A DNA stretch of 64,000 nt from Octopus bimaculoides (lineage: Eukaryota). The notes under the pieces were generated by a model. It did no database searches and was not told the origin of the DNA. It worked only from the letters and a program-made list of their open reading frames with translations. Location of the stretch: contig NC_069006.1 in assembly GCF_001194135.2 (NCBI RefSeq), positions 9,478,326-9,542,325 on the forward strand. The letters are read 5' to 3'. Shown here in pieces: positions 50,701-62,937 of the stretch (position 1 is its first letter; each line of letters begins with the position of its first letter). The position numbers and the translations under genes are program-made.

Positions 50701-51669
50701 GCTATTTTCCTTGTTAACCTTCCTCTGATATTGCTGCACCTTTCATGTGTCCAAAGCGTGCGTGCGTGCGTGCGTGCGTGCGTTCCTATATTTCGATTCT
50801 AATACATTCTCTGAGCATTTTTGACTTCATTTCTTCTATTCTTCCACTTGTTTGGATACGTATTCTTTTATTCTTTTACTTATTTCACTCATTTGAGACT
50901 GCGGCCATGCTGGAGCACTGCCTTTAAGTATTAAATATCATCCCTGGTGGGATGTATGTATATAAGTGTTTGCTTTGGATACATACAATTTGATGATGTG
51001 TGGAAGCAACCAAAAGGTCTATTGAACAAACTTTTGTTCAGCTCCGTAAAATTTGTTTATCTTCCATGTGACAAACACACACACACATACACACACGCAC
51101 GCACATGCACAGATGCAGTGGAACAATGTCACTGACCAGAACAATGAAATATTTTGACAATTTCTATATAATACTTTTAAAGTAAAACGTGATTAGAACA
51201 GTGTTTTAAAGGATTAGCATGATACACGTAAGTACATAAACACATGCACACACCTATTTGTAATGCCTATCTACATACTGATGCATATATATCATCATCA
51301 TTTAATGTCTGTTGTCCATGCTGGCATGGGCTGGATGGGTTGACCAGGACTGGTAAGCTGAGGGGCTGCACCAGACTCCAGTGTGGTTTTGGCATGGTTT
51401 CTACAGCTGGATGCTTCTTAACGCCAACCACTCAGAGGTTAATGGGTGCCATTTGCGTGACACCAGCATCTGACACAATTGATTTCACTTGGGTTGATGG
51501 GTTGATGGGTCTTCTATTCAAGCACAGTATATTGCCAAAGGTCTCAGCCATTTATCATTGCCTCTGCTTTTTATATGCCATGAACACACATACACACACA
51601 CAATTATATACATCTGCACATGCACACATGAATTTGTATACATACATGCGTATATAACACTAATTAGAT

Positions 51670-52549
51670 AAGAGGTGTAGTAAAAAAGTATCAGGTCTTG
51701 ATTTTTCTTGCACAAAATAATGGCATGAGCAAAATCCACATGAATATTAGGTGGCCGCGTCCTCCCTGAACATGTGCAAAACTTTTCATGTCTGTAGGTT
51801 GCACCATTCGCCCGCAGTGATGCACTGAGTACAGACATGAAGAGTGTGTTGTGCTGTTTTTAGTTTTGAGTCAAGATGACCGAGTGCATTGAGCAAAGAT
51901 ACTGTATCAAATTCTGCCAAAAACTTGGTGATACGTGAGCCCAGGCTATCGAGAAGATTCAGAAGGCCTTTGGAGATGTTGCTATGGGAAAAACCAAAAT
52001 AAAGGAATGGTAGAACCAGTTCAAAGATGGCCATACCTCAGTGGACAGTGAGTCACACTGTGGCCAGACAATTAACAAAGAATACTACCTGGGGGCTCCT
52101 TATCACCTCTGAAGCTGTGCGGAAAAAAACAACCCAACCTGTGGGCAGCAAAGAGCTGGCAACACCATGACAACACATCTGCTCATCCCACCCACATCGT
52201 CCAAGCATTCCTTGTCAAGCAAAACACACAACTTGTTCATCAGGCTTCCTACACCCCAGACTTGACTCCGTGTGACATTTGGCTATTTCCAAAGCTCAAA
52301 AAAAAAAATAAAGAACACTCAAAGGGAAAAGATTTGAGTCAACAGAGAACATTAAGCAAATTTCAACGGCACAGCTCTACAACATCCCAAAAAGTGATTT
52401 CCAGAAATGTTTTCAGTAGTGGCAGGAACACTGGCAGAAGTCTGTAGACTCCCAAGGTGAATACTTTGAAGGAAACTAAATCAAAATAGTGAATTTAATA
52501 TTACTAGTATTTTGACCAAAGGTCGAATGCTTTTTGACTATACCTAGTA
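51670..52549 (+). mobile_element. Mariner transposon relic with central deletion
   Basis: N-terminal EQRYCIKFCQKLG..IQKAFGD..W..QFKDG joined to C-terminal HDNTSAH..PDLTPCDIWLFPKLK..GEYFEGN. Degenerate TIRs gaggtgtagtaaaaaagtatc / gaatgctttttgactatacc. Confidence 0.8.
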
Positions 52550-53088
52550 GACACGTTTTTTTCTTGTAGTTGAGTCAAGTAAGACAGCTGGTGTCCATTC
52601 CCTTTTCTAATGGTCCTCCCTCCTCCCAGACTAACAAAAACCAATACCAGTTTACATCTGACTTAACTCTTTATCATTCAAACCAGCCATATCCAGCCTA
52701 AGTATTCTACCTACTTACTTTATTAGCCAAATTTAGCCTCTTGCACTTATCCCACAGTATCATTCCTAAGAGTCACATAACAGAGAATTCAAAACGGTGT
52801 GAATGAAAAAAAAAGGCATCAAAGGGGCAATGTATATCCTGCACACAGATAAATATTTGTGCAAATTATAGTGTGGCTTACAATGCGTTGCTTACCCATG
52901 CTTTTCAATTGAGCTGAATAAGCTTCGTAAGTGTTTGACTAAACTTGCTTATCGGGGAAACTTGCAAGTTCAATTTTTTAAAATTTTATTATTTTTTTTT
53001 AAGTATCACCATTATAAGTATTTATACTCCAGTGAAATTAAGAAATCAAGTCGTAAAAAAACGAAATGCTCAAATCCATTACTGTACA

Positions 53089-53128
<40 letters not shown>

Positions 53129-53267
53129 TGCATATCTATGTATGTATTTATGCATGTTTGAAGATAATCAAACCAAATTTTCATCATTTCAAGCTATTCA
53201 TCCAATGAGAATTTCTGCCAAATTTGGTGAAAATCCATTCAGCTGTTTCCTAGTAATTTTGCAAACA

Positions 53268-53602
53268 CCTTCCTGGCACTTGTGCTGGTGGCATGTGGAA
53301 AGACATTTGAGTAAGAACATTGCCAGTCCCGCTGGACTGGCTCCTGTGTAGGTGGCACGTAAAATACACCATTTTGAGCGTGGCTGTTGCCAGTACTGCC
53401 TAACTGGCCTTCGTGCCAGTGGCACGTAAAACATCCACTACACTCTTGGAGTGGTTGGCGTTAGGAAGGGCATCCAGCTGTAGAAACTCTGCCAAATCAG
53501 ACTGGAGCCTGGTGTAGCCATCTGGTTCACCAGTCCTTAGTCAAATCGTCCAACCGATGCTAGCATCGAAAGCGGACGTTAAACGATGATGATGATGATG
53601 AC
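53268..53602 (+). mobile_element. RTE-tailed SINE nested in a DINE-like element
   Basis: Near-consensus body ending gcggacgttaaacgatgatgatgatgatg, interrupting ...gtaattttgcaaaca / gacagacaaagacgagtg. Confidence 0.75.
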
Positions 53603-53709
53603 AGACAAAGACGAGTGATTACAATACCATGCTTTCACTTACATGTGCAAGGTAACGAATAAGCATTACATTTGATAGAATAATTTGAATGCTAAAGGGT
53701 TAAATACGG

Positions 53710-54065
53710 CAGACAGCAGGTAAATCACAGCCAGGGTGAGAATTCCGGAGAGTCACCCTTAAAGGAGGAAGGATCGGAATGGTAATTAGTGCTGGTAGAA
53801 TGAGTCAAAAGAAAAAGTAAAAGGATAGATGTGTAGGGTGTGAGGGGTTCAAAGATGTGTGATGTAGATATGATGAGCAGAGTGAGGAGACAGACCTATG
53901 GGTGTGTAAGGCCCTGTGGTAGTGGTCTGTTGATGAGAGGAGTCATTACTGATCAGTTGAAGGGTCTCTCAAGTGGGGTCTTGCAGATTTGAGCAGAAGC
54001 AGCACCAATCTAAATATGGAAGCAATGTTCCCTGTGAGTTTTACTGGAGCTTGAATGATGGTAAG
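53710..54065 (-). mobile_element. Highly decayed CR1/L2-type LINE 3' end
   Basis: Remnants resembling KLEYCSHI, GAASAQ, VSSL and RVT.LWNSL on the minus strand. Confidence 0.5.
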
Positions 54066-54114
54066 CAACACATCATAGCTGAGTATTTTTCTTGTCCTCT
54101 GTGAGATGGGGGAC

Positions 54115-54170
<56 letters not shown>

Positions 54171-54561
54171 NNNNNNNNNNNNNNNNNNNNNNNNNNNNNN
54201 NNNNNNNNNNNNNNNNNNNNNNNNNNNNNNNNNNNNNNNNNNNNNNNNNNNNNNNNNNNNNNNNNNNNNNNNNNNNNNNNNNNNNNNNNNNNNNNNNNNN
54301 NNNNNNNNNNNNNNNNNNNNNNNNNNNNNNNNNNNNNNNNNNNNNNNNNNNNNNNNNNNNNNNNNNNNNNNNNNNNNNNNNNNNNNNNNNNNNNNNNNNN
54401 NNNNNNNNNNNNNNNNNNNNNNNNNNNNNNNNNNNNNNNNNNNNNNNNNNNNNNNNNNNNNNNNNNNNNNNNNNNNNNNNNNNNNNNNNNNNNNNNNNNN
54501 NNNNNNNNNNNNNNNNNNNNNNNNNNNNNNNNNNNNNNNNNNNACACACACACACACACAC

Positions 54562-54612
<51 letters not shown>

Positions 54613-55038
54613 GGCTTCTTTCAGTTTCTGTTTACCAAATCCACCCATGAGCCAACTTTGCCTTCATCCTTTAGGAGGTCGATAAAATAAGGGCCAGTTG
54701 AACACTGGAGTCCATGTAATCAGCTTAACTACTCCTGGGTAAGAGTATTAAAACTGCACCCCTCTGCCAAGGCATGTTGAGCCAATGTGGTAGAGTGATC
54801 TCAAGCTGGAATTCACAGTCTCTACATTAGACCATGCTTGGTGGCAAGAACATGCTGAGACCTTCATCCTGCAGTGGACTGAACATAGGTAATCCGATCC
54901 GATCCAATCCAATCCATGGTTGGAACATTAACATTACAGAACCTACATTCTTGAAAATGTTTTCCTACAAAATGTCATTCAAAAATATGTATTTTGAAGG
55001 GAGCTTATATAAGGAAGCCAAATCTAGAGAGGAGAGAA

Positions 55039-55596
55039 TTGAGTTGGTGCATAATTATTGCGGCTTTTTCTTCAACAAAAACATCTTTAAATGACAGTCT
55101 GACCATCTGCCAAGCAAATGGGAAGCAGTAAGTAGATGGTGAATATGCTCCGGAATAATCATTTAAAGATGTTTTTGTTACATGTTATTGTTTTTGTTGA
55201 ATAAAATTTGTTGAAAATAAGCCACAGTAATTATGCACCAACCCAATATATAACATATACACATGCACACACACATCTATAAATACAGATGTATAACATA
55301 TGCATATTTATAAACAGTTATATAACATACACACAAGCACAAACATCTACAGTTATATTGGGTTGGTGCATAATTATTGCGGCTTTTTTCCAACAAATTT
55401 TATTCAACAAAAACAATAACATTTGATAAAAACATCTTTAAATAACAATCTGACCGTCTGCCAAGCAAATAGGAAGCAGTAATTGGAGTAGATGGTGAAT
55501 ATGCTCCGGAATTCAAAGATGTTTTTGTTATATGTTGTTATTGTTTTTGAATAAAATTTGTTGAAAAAAGCCGCAATAATTATGCACCAACCCAAT
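55039..55596. mobile_element. Two tandem mariner MITEs with Hsmar1-like TIRs
   Basis: ttgggttggtgcataattattgcggctttt ... aaagccgcaataattatgcaccaacccaata; copies at 55039-55248 and 55357-55596. Confidence 0.75.
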
Positions 55597-55993
55597 ATAT
55601 CATAATCTACATGTTAAAAAACATATCTGAGAAAATTTTCATTTCAGATGCCTTTTTCATGAAGGTATGAGGAAAGAAAGACTGGTCAGACACCAAATTG
55701 TAATCATGCTATAATGGATTCTCCCATTGTTAGACAACATATGAGGGTTCTGCAATTTCTTGGTGAGCAACGACACAGATGATTTTATACTGTTTGTGTA
55801 AGACAGTAGCTCACTCCCTCCATTAAATCAACAGTAGCTGTACATATGCGCAAGTGTGCCACACATCCAATGTTGAAATGATTGCAGACCAATGCGAAGT
55901 GTTTTGCTCAAGAAAACACAAGACCTGGTCTTAGAATCAAAGCCACAATCTTGCAATCATGAGTGCAACATCCTAACCACTAAGCCATGTGCC

Positions 55994-56046
<53 letters not shown>

Positions 56047-57279
56047 NNNNNNNNNNNNNNNNNNNNNNNNNNNNNNNNNNNNNNNNNNNNNNNNNNNNNN
56101 NNNNNNNNNNNNNNNNNNNNNNNNNNNNNNNNNNNNNNNNNNNNNNNNNNNNNNNNNNNNNNNNNNNNNNNNNNNNNNNNNNNNNNNNNNNNNNNNNNNN
56201 NNNNNNNNNNNNNNNNNNNNNNNNNNNNNNNNNNNNNNNNNNNNNNNNNNNNNNNNNNNNNNNNNNNNNNNNNNNNNNNNNNNNNNNNNNNNNNNNNNNN
56301 NNNNNNNNNNNNNNNNNNNNNNNNNNNNNNNNNNNNNNNNNNNNNNNNNNNNNNNNNNNNNNNNNNNNNNNNNNNNNNNNNNNNNNNNNNNNNNNNNNNN
56401 NNNNNNNNNNNNNNNNNNNNNNNNNNNNNNNNNNNNNNNNNNNNNNNNNNNNNNNNNNNNNNNNNNNNNNNNNNNNNNNNNNNNNNNNNNNNNNNNNNNN
56501 NNNNNNNNNNNNNNNNNNNNNNNNNNNNNNNNNNNNNNNNNNNNNNNNNNNNNNNNNNNNNNNNNNNNNNNNNNNNNNNNNNNNNNNNNNNNNNNNNNNN
56601 NNNNNNNNNNNNNNNNNNNNNNNNNNNNNNNNNNNNNNNNNNNNNNNNNNNNNNNNNNNNNNNNNNNNNNNNNNNNNNNNNNNNNNNNNNNNNNNNNNNN
56701 NNNNNNNNNNNNNNNNNNNNNNNNNNNNNNNNNNNNNNNNNNNNNNNNNNNNNNNNNNNNNNNNNNNNNNNNNNNNNNNNNNNNNNNNNNNNNNNNNNNN
56801 NNNNNNNNNNNNNNNNNNNNNNNNNNNNNNNNNNNNNNNNNNNNNNNNNNNNNNNGTGATATTGAAAAAAATGTGTTTATTACCATTGGATTAATAGACC
56901 TCCCTATATATATATATATATATATATATAAAGTTTAATATTTCTGTCTCGTGGCAGAGAAGCGCACTGTCCTGCAGGACATGAGATGTGTTAAAAAGCA
57001 TAAATTTTTCGTTTTATCTCCCAAGGGTACCAACCGAATCTCCCTCAGATCAGACACATATTAGATAAATATAAGACCTAGTTGCAGTGTATCTTGTAAA
57101 AAGAAAAAAAGATGAGAGTGTCACAGATGGAATGCCTCCGACCATAAGGTCGGACAAATCAGTCCCAACAACTGAGGTATTTGTTTAGTTACTGTTGTTT
57201 GATGTAGTTTGCCAGAAAATGTAGCTTTCGGCATTTTGCTGTACGCTGATCTCTTTTCAGTCATGGGACAGAGAAGGAA

Positions 57280-57506
57280 TACAAGGAAGTAGAAAGAAAT
57301 AAGGAGGAATAGGAGGAGCATAGAGAGTGAGAGGGGGGTGATAGGGTGAGAGAGAGACAGTGACGGAGATTGGGAGACAGAGGTGAGAGAGTGAGTGACA
57401 GTAAGAGTGAGTGTGAAAGTGAGAGACTGTGAGAAAGAGAGATTAAGAAGGACAAAGTGAGAGGCAGAATGTGTGAGAGAAAGAAAGAGACAGAGTAAGT
57501 GAGAGA

Positions 57507-57545
<39 letters not shown>

Positions 57546-57900
57546 TGAGTGAGTAAGAGAGAGAGATGCACACAGGGTAAAATATGGAGAAATCTTGAAG
57601 AAAAGTTTAAGGAAAAGAAAACGAGGTGATGGAAATAATAAAAGAAAGGAAGAGAGAAAGATGAAACGAGAGAGGAGACATGGGGGATAAAGGAAGAGGA
57701 AACAGAAGAAAGGGAGAAAAGGGGGGGTATAAAGTAAGAAGAAAGCGGGGATAGGTGTAAAGAGAGGGGGGAAGAAAAGGGAGATATAAAGACGAAGGAG
57801 GGGAAATTGAAAAAAGGAGAGGAAAGGAAATATATAGTGAGTGGTAGTGTGAGTGAAGAAAGGGGAGGGAGTGCAAAAAAGGTAGGGGACGGGGGAAAGC
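57280..57900. repeat. Purine-rich (+ strand) low-complexity tract
   Basis: GA-rich with (GT)n. Confidence 0.8.
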
Positions 57901-58046
57901 GTCTCGTGACACGAGAAGGTAAAAATGAACGCCAGAAATGGTTGGGATATTATTGTAGTAGAGATATTTCAACATAACATTGATAGATGTAACTGGTTTA
58001 CAAACTAGCCATAATAGTGTGTACACACACACACACATATATATAT

Positions 58047-58091
<45 letters not shown>

Positions 58092-59607
58092 CACACACAA
58101 CAAATTAGCTCTGTCAGAGATGGTGTGTACATATGTATGTATGTAATAAACATACAATTATATTTAAAACACAAACCTATATACACACATAGTGTGAATC
58201 TATATTAATATATACATAAAATGCATAATACACACTAACACATATTTGAATCTCGCTGCAGTAGGGACTGAACACCCAACGCAGGGTTTAGTTCCGCTAC
58301 GTGACATCTTGGGCGAGTGTTTTCGACGGCCAAAGACAGGATAAGTATTGGATTTTAAAAAGTTAAGAACTGCGGTTAACTTGTTTGACTAGATAGGTAC
58401 ACACATATATAAACATCTATATATTATATAACACACACACACTGCTGTATTATTCTACTGCCATAAATTGATAAAAGCAGAACCTATTTACGACACATCA
58501 TCCTAGCTGCCAGTAGTCACTCGCTCTCCCCTGAACCACTTCCTAGTGACATCCATCCATACCTAGTTGTTCCCACCATCATCCCCTCTGCCCAACTGAT
58601 ATTTACAATCATCCACCCCATTCTCATTCTCCCCTCGTTACATCCATCCCAAATATATGTATATCCCCAACACACACCTCCGTTCCTATATTTCTATCAA
58701 ACCATCACTCACCCCTATACAGACACATGCAACCCCCAGTGGCCTCTTCTTTAGCTTCTTGGTGATATGTCCGCTTGATAACTTGCAGAATCGTTACTGC
58801 CTCGGACATAATGTTTAGCAGCATTTTTTTTTTTTTTCTAAATGCGGCTCATTACGTTCTGAGCTCAAATACAACCGAAGTTAACTATGCCTTTCAGGGT
58901 CGATAAAATAAAGCACCTCACAAGTACTGGCGTCGATGTAATCGACTAACACCTCCCTACTAAACTCGCTAGCCTGGTGTCAAAAATTGAGACGACATAT
59001 ATTAGCTTGAATGTACACCGATACCTCGTCACAATTCCATCCACCTTGACTAACACGTACATAACGAAGGGGAAGAGTAGACCTGGATCTCCGCCACCAC
59101 GAAACGAACCTATTCTTCCCATCGTGTTTTAACCACAATGCCTCGGAGAAAGCCACGATTCTCTCTCTCCTATTCGTCCCTTCAGTCGTGATGGCTCTTT
59201 AAACTAACAAGTTACATGGCGTCCCCACTTATGTTGGTGCAACGGCAAAGGTGCCCAATATCATCTTAAATGGTCTCTGTTAAGAAGGACCGTCAAGTAG
59301 TAGAAACTACACACAAACTGAAGGATTGGAGAAAAATGTGGCTCACTGATCCGTCGGAACCTGTCAAACAGTCCAGCAAATGCCGCCATGGAAAAAGGAC
59401 AAACTGGTCGTCATCATCACACACACACACACAAGTATATACGTACGTACAAAGTGTTAATACGTGTATAATCTACTATATATGTAGTATAGATCTTTAC
59501 ATAGGNNNNNNNNNNNNNNNNNNNNNNNNNNNNNNNNNNNNNNNNNNNNNNNNNNNNNNNNNNNNNNNNNNNNNNNNNNNNNNNNATATATATATATATA
59601 TATATAT

Positions 59608-59915
59608 AGGCATGCGCAGGAGTGGCTGTGTGGTAAGTTTGCTTCCTAACCACATGGTTCCGAGTGCAGTCCCACTGCGTGGCACCTTGGGTAAGTGTCT
59701 TCTACAAAGCCTTGTGAGCGGCCTGTCGTGTGTGTGTGTCCACCATCGCCTGACAACCGATGTTGGTGTGTTTATGTCTCCGTAACTTAGCGGTTCGGCA
59801 AAAAAAAAAGAATAAGTACTAAGCTTTCAAAGAATAAGTCCTGGGATCGATTTGTTCGACTAAAGGCTGTGCTCCTCCAGCATGGCCGCAGTCAAATGAC
59901 TGAAACAAAAGAAAA
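59608..59915 (+). mobile_element. OR-like SINE
   Basis: aggcatgcgcaggagtggctgtgtggtaag head and gcagtcaaatgactgaaacaaaagaaaa tail. Confidence 0.8.
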
Positions 59916-60520
59916 TACACACACACACACACACACACACAAAACAGCGTACATATATGCCTGTACATCCAACAGATAAGATGAATGGATGGGCGAACAT
60001 GTTTCATTTTAGAAACATATCGTTTCGATTTTATTTAACAGAACAATTCCTAAATGTATGTAAGATAAATAAGTATTACACCTGAATTTCTTCAGCTTTA
60101 AGCAAGGGGCCATTCATTTTTCGGAATCGGAGGGGCGTCTGCGTAGGTAGATATGATGGGCCTAGAGCAGTAAAATACATCCAAATTTGTCGCCAACATC
60201 TGTCTTGGCCTATTTATTGAACCAGTAACGGGTCCTTAAAGTATGTTTTCTTCTAACGGTACATAATTTCTCGCACACGAAGTTTGCGCCTGGCCTCTTC
60301 ATGGTCCACGCGTGGTAACTGAATTTTTCATACTCAATGCCAGGAGTTAGCAAACTTCTATCATTAGCCTCTTCCAAGGATCATAACTTATCGATCCCAC
60401 CGCTATCATGTAAATTTTTATAAGACAATTTTTTAAAAAAATCTTTATTTAAAACGAGGGTCCGCAAACGTCTTCATTATTGTTGTCCCTTTCGTGGAAA
60501 TCATTGGTAACTAAACGACC

Positions 60521-61380
60521 GGATCTATTTCAAAACGGGGGCACCAGTATTTTCTTAACGAAACACTAACGAAACACTTTGAAACTTGGGACACTGGTAG
60601 AATGTGTCCATATAAAACATCTTTTACTCTTAGTCTTCTTAACAAAAAAACGTACATCGCAAGTTATTCCATGTTAAANNNNNNNNNNNNNNNNNNNNNN
60701 NNNNNNNNNNNNNNNNNNNNNNNNNNNNNNNNNNNNNNNNNNNNNNNNNNNNNNNNNNNNNNNNNNNNNNNNNNNNNNNNNNNNNNNNNNNNNNNNNNNN
60801 NNNNNNNNNNNNNNNNNNNNNNNNNNNNNNNNNNNNNNNNNNNNNNNNNNNNNNNNNNNNNNNNNNNNNNNNNNNNNNNNNNNNNNNNNNNNNNNNNNNN
60901 NNNNNNNNNNNNNNNNNNNNNNNNNNNNNNNNNNNNNNNNNNNNNNNNNNNNNNNNNNNNNNNNNNNNNNNNNNNNNNNNNNNNNNNNNNNNNNNNNNNN
61001 NNNNAGTGATTAGTAGAAATTATCGAAATAAGACAATTTTTTACATGAAATAAATTCGAATACAAAAATTTTTGTCTGTTCTATAACACAAAATATATGA
61101 TCCTTGGAAGAGGCTAATGATAGAAGTTTGCTAACTCCTGGCATTGAGTATGAAAAATTCAGTTACCACGCGTGGACCATGAAGAGGCCAGGCGCAAACT
61201 TCGTGTGCGAGAAATTATGTACCGTTAGAAGAAAACATACTTTAAGGACCCGTTACTGGTTCAATAAATAGGCCAAGACAGATGTTGGCGACAAATATAC
61301 GAAGTTTGAAAGTCTTTCGGTACCAAAAACACTACATAAAACATAAATGAAAACTGGTGCCCCCGTTTTGAAATAGATCC
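60521..61380. mobile_element. MITE with perfect 27-bp TIRs and 8-bp TSD (Merlin/MULE-like ends, superfamily uncertain)
   Basis: GGATCTATTTCAAAACGGGGGCACCAG / CTGGTGCCCCCGTTTTGAAATAGATCC, flanked by AAACGACC at 60513-60520 and 61381-61388. Contains an N gap. Confidence 0.85.
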
Positions 61381-62545
61381 AAACGACCCCCATCATGTGA
61401 ATTTTAAAAATAAAATTGGAATGTATAATTATTAGAAAAAGATTTTATTTAAAAATAATAATTCCTTCGCTCTTTTGTGTCATCAATGCCTTATCATAAG
61501 AAATAGTTAACGAAATTGATAACAAAAATTCAGTCGTATTATAGTGATGTAGTTGGAATATTTAATGGTCATCGACGCCTTAAATAGCCACATAGACTCC
61601 AGCGGGTTAATAGCAACTATTTTGCAGACCCTACTTTAGATTATCAGAGGCCTACAGATACACTGTGTGCGTCCGTCCCTACTAACGCATATGCTCTCTA
61701 TATGGCCCGATATATAATTGGTGAACCCAGAAAAGCAGAGTAAAGAGTACAACCATAGAAAATATATACATACACATATATAAATATAAACACAGCGAAA
61801 TATGCATGTACATGTGTATATGACATCCATTAAGCTGTTAAGTATGTATAACATACAATTTTTTAACGTACATCTATAATATATAAAGTGCATTGGGAAA
61901 GTTGTAAATAATAATAAAGCAAAACGTAGATATGCATAGCTATATATACATATATAAACATTGATTCGTGTCTCACATAACAGCACAACTCTTTGAAAAA
62001 ACTAATTTTACACAGTGATGTGCACATATAAAACCTATTTACGTAACCCTAAACATACAGAAAATACGCGCAAGCAAGCACACACACACACGTTACGCGC
62101 GCGCGTATGTGTGTACACCCACCCACACAAAAACAGTAGGGAGTTGTTTACAAACTGGTACAGCCAAAGAACGACAGAAAAAGCGCGGGAGAGTGTTACA
62201 CGAAGTAAACAGAGAGGGGAAGGAGAAGAAACACTCGAGAGGAGAGGGAGAGAAGTACAATGAAGAATTGAAAAGAAAGACAAAGTGCGAACGAAAGAAA
62301 GAGAGATAGAGAAAGAAACAGTGAGAGAGAGGGGTGAGGAAACTCTTGAGGCAGCGGAGGAGACAATATGAAATATGAAAGATTCTGAGGGAGATATGGA
62401 GAATATGAAATAAAAAAACTAACAAGAGGTAAAGGTTGATAAAGAGAAGAGAGGAAACTAAAGAAAACTTGTAAGCAGGTATAGAATAATAATTAATAAT
62501 GTGTGTGTACACATAGGTTTAATTAGCCATTTTATTATTACTAAA

Positions 62546-62726
62546 GGATCTATTTTAAAACGGGGGCCACATTTTTCATTAATGTTTTACGTAGTGTTTT
62601 TGGTACGGAAAGACTTTCAAACTTCGTATACTTATCTAATTTGTGTTATAGAACAGAAAAATATTTTTGTATTCGAATTTATTTCATGTAAAAAATTGTC
62701 TTATTTCGATAATTTCAACCAATCAC
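62546..62726 (+). mobile_element. One-ended copy of the same MITE family
   Basis: Reverse complement of 61005-61095 plus 61297-61380, lacking the 201-bp insert. Confidence 0.75.
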
Positions 62727-62799
62727 TGACATGTATTCAGTTGTTTATATTTACTCCTTTGGCTGATTAAGCGATGTAAAGCGTATTTAATCTCCATAC

Positions 62800-62937
62800 C
62801 TTCGTTTTATTTGCTTTTTTCATTTTGATGAACACTGGTTGGATCGCCTTGATGAGGGCATATGATTTTTTTACGTCTCCCGCTTGGAAGAAAATTTTAT
62901 TTCTATCTAAATGTACAGCTTTTAGAACATTTGTCAT
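62800..62937 (-). CDS. Possible first coding exon of an unidentified gene (MTNVLKAVHLDRNKIFF...KANKTK)
   Basis: ATG, 46 open codons and an AAG|GTATGG donor, downstream of CpG-rich unique sequence at 63120-63420. No homology recognised. Confidence 0.2.

Noticed and set aside
58990-59290. Unique-looking CpG-rich stretch as an exon
   Set aside because: Loosely resembles Tx1-type 3' sequence on the minus strand and has no consistent frame.
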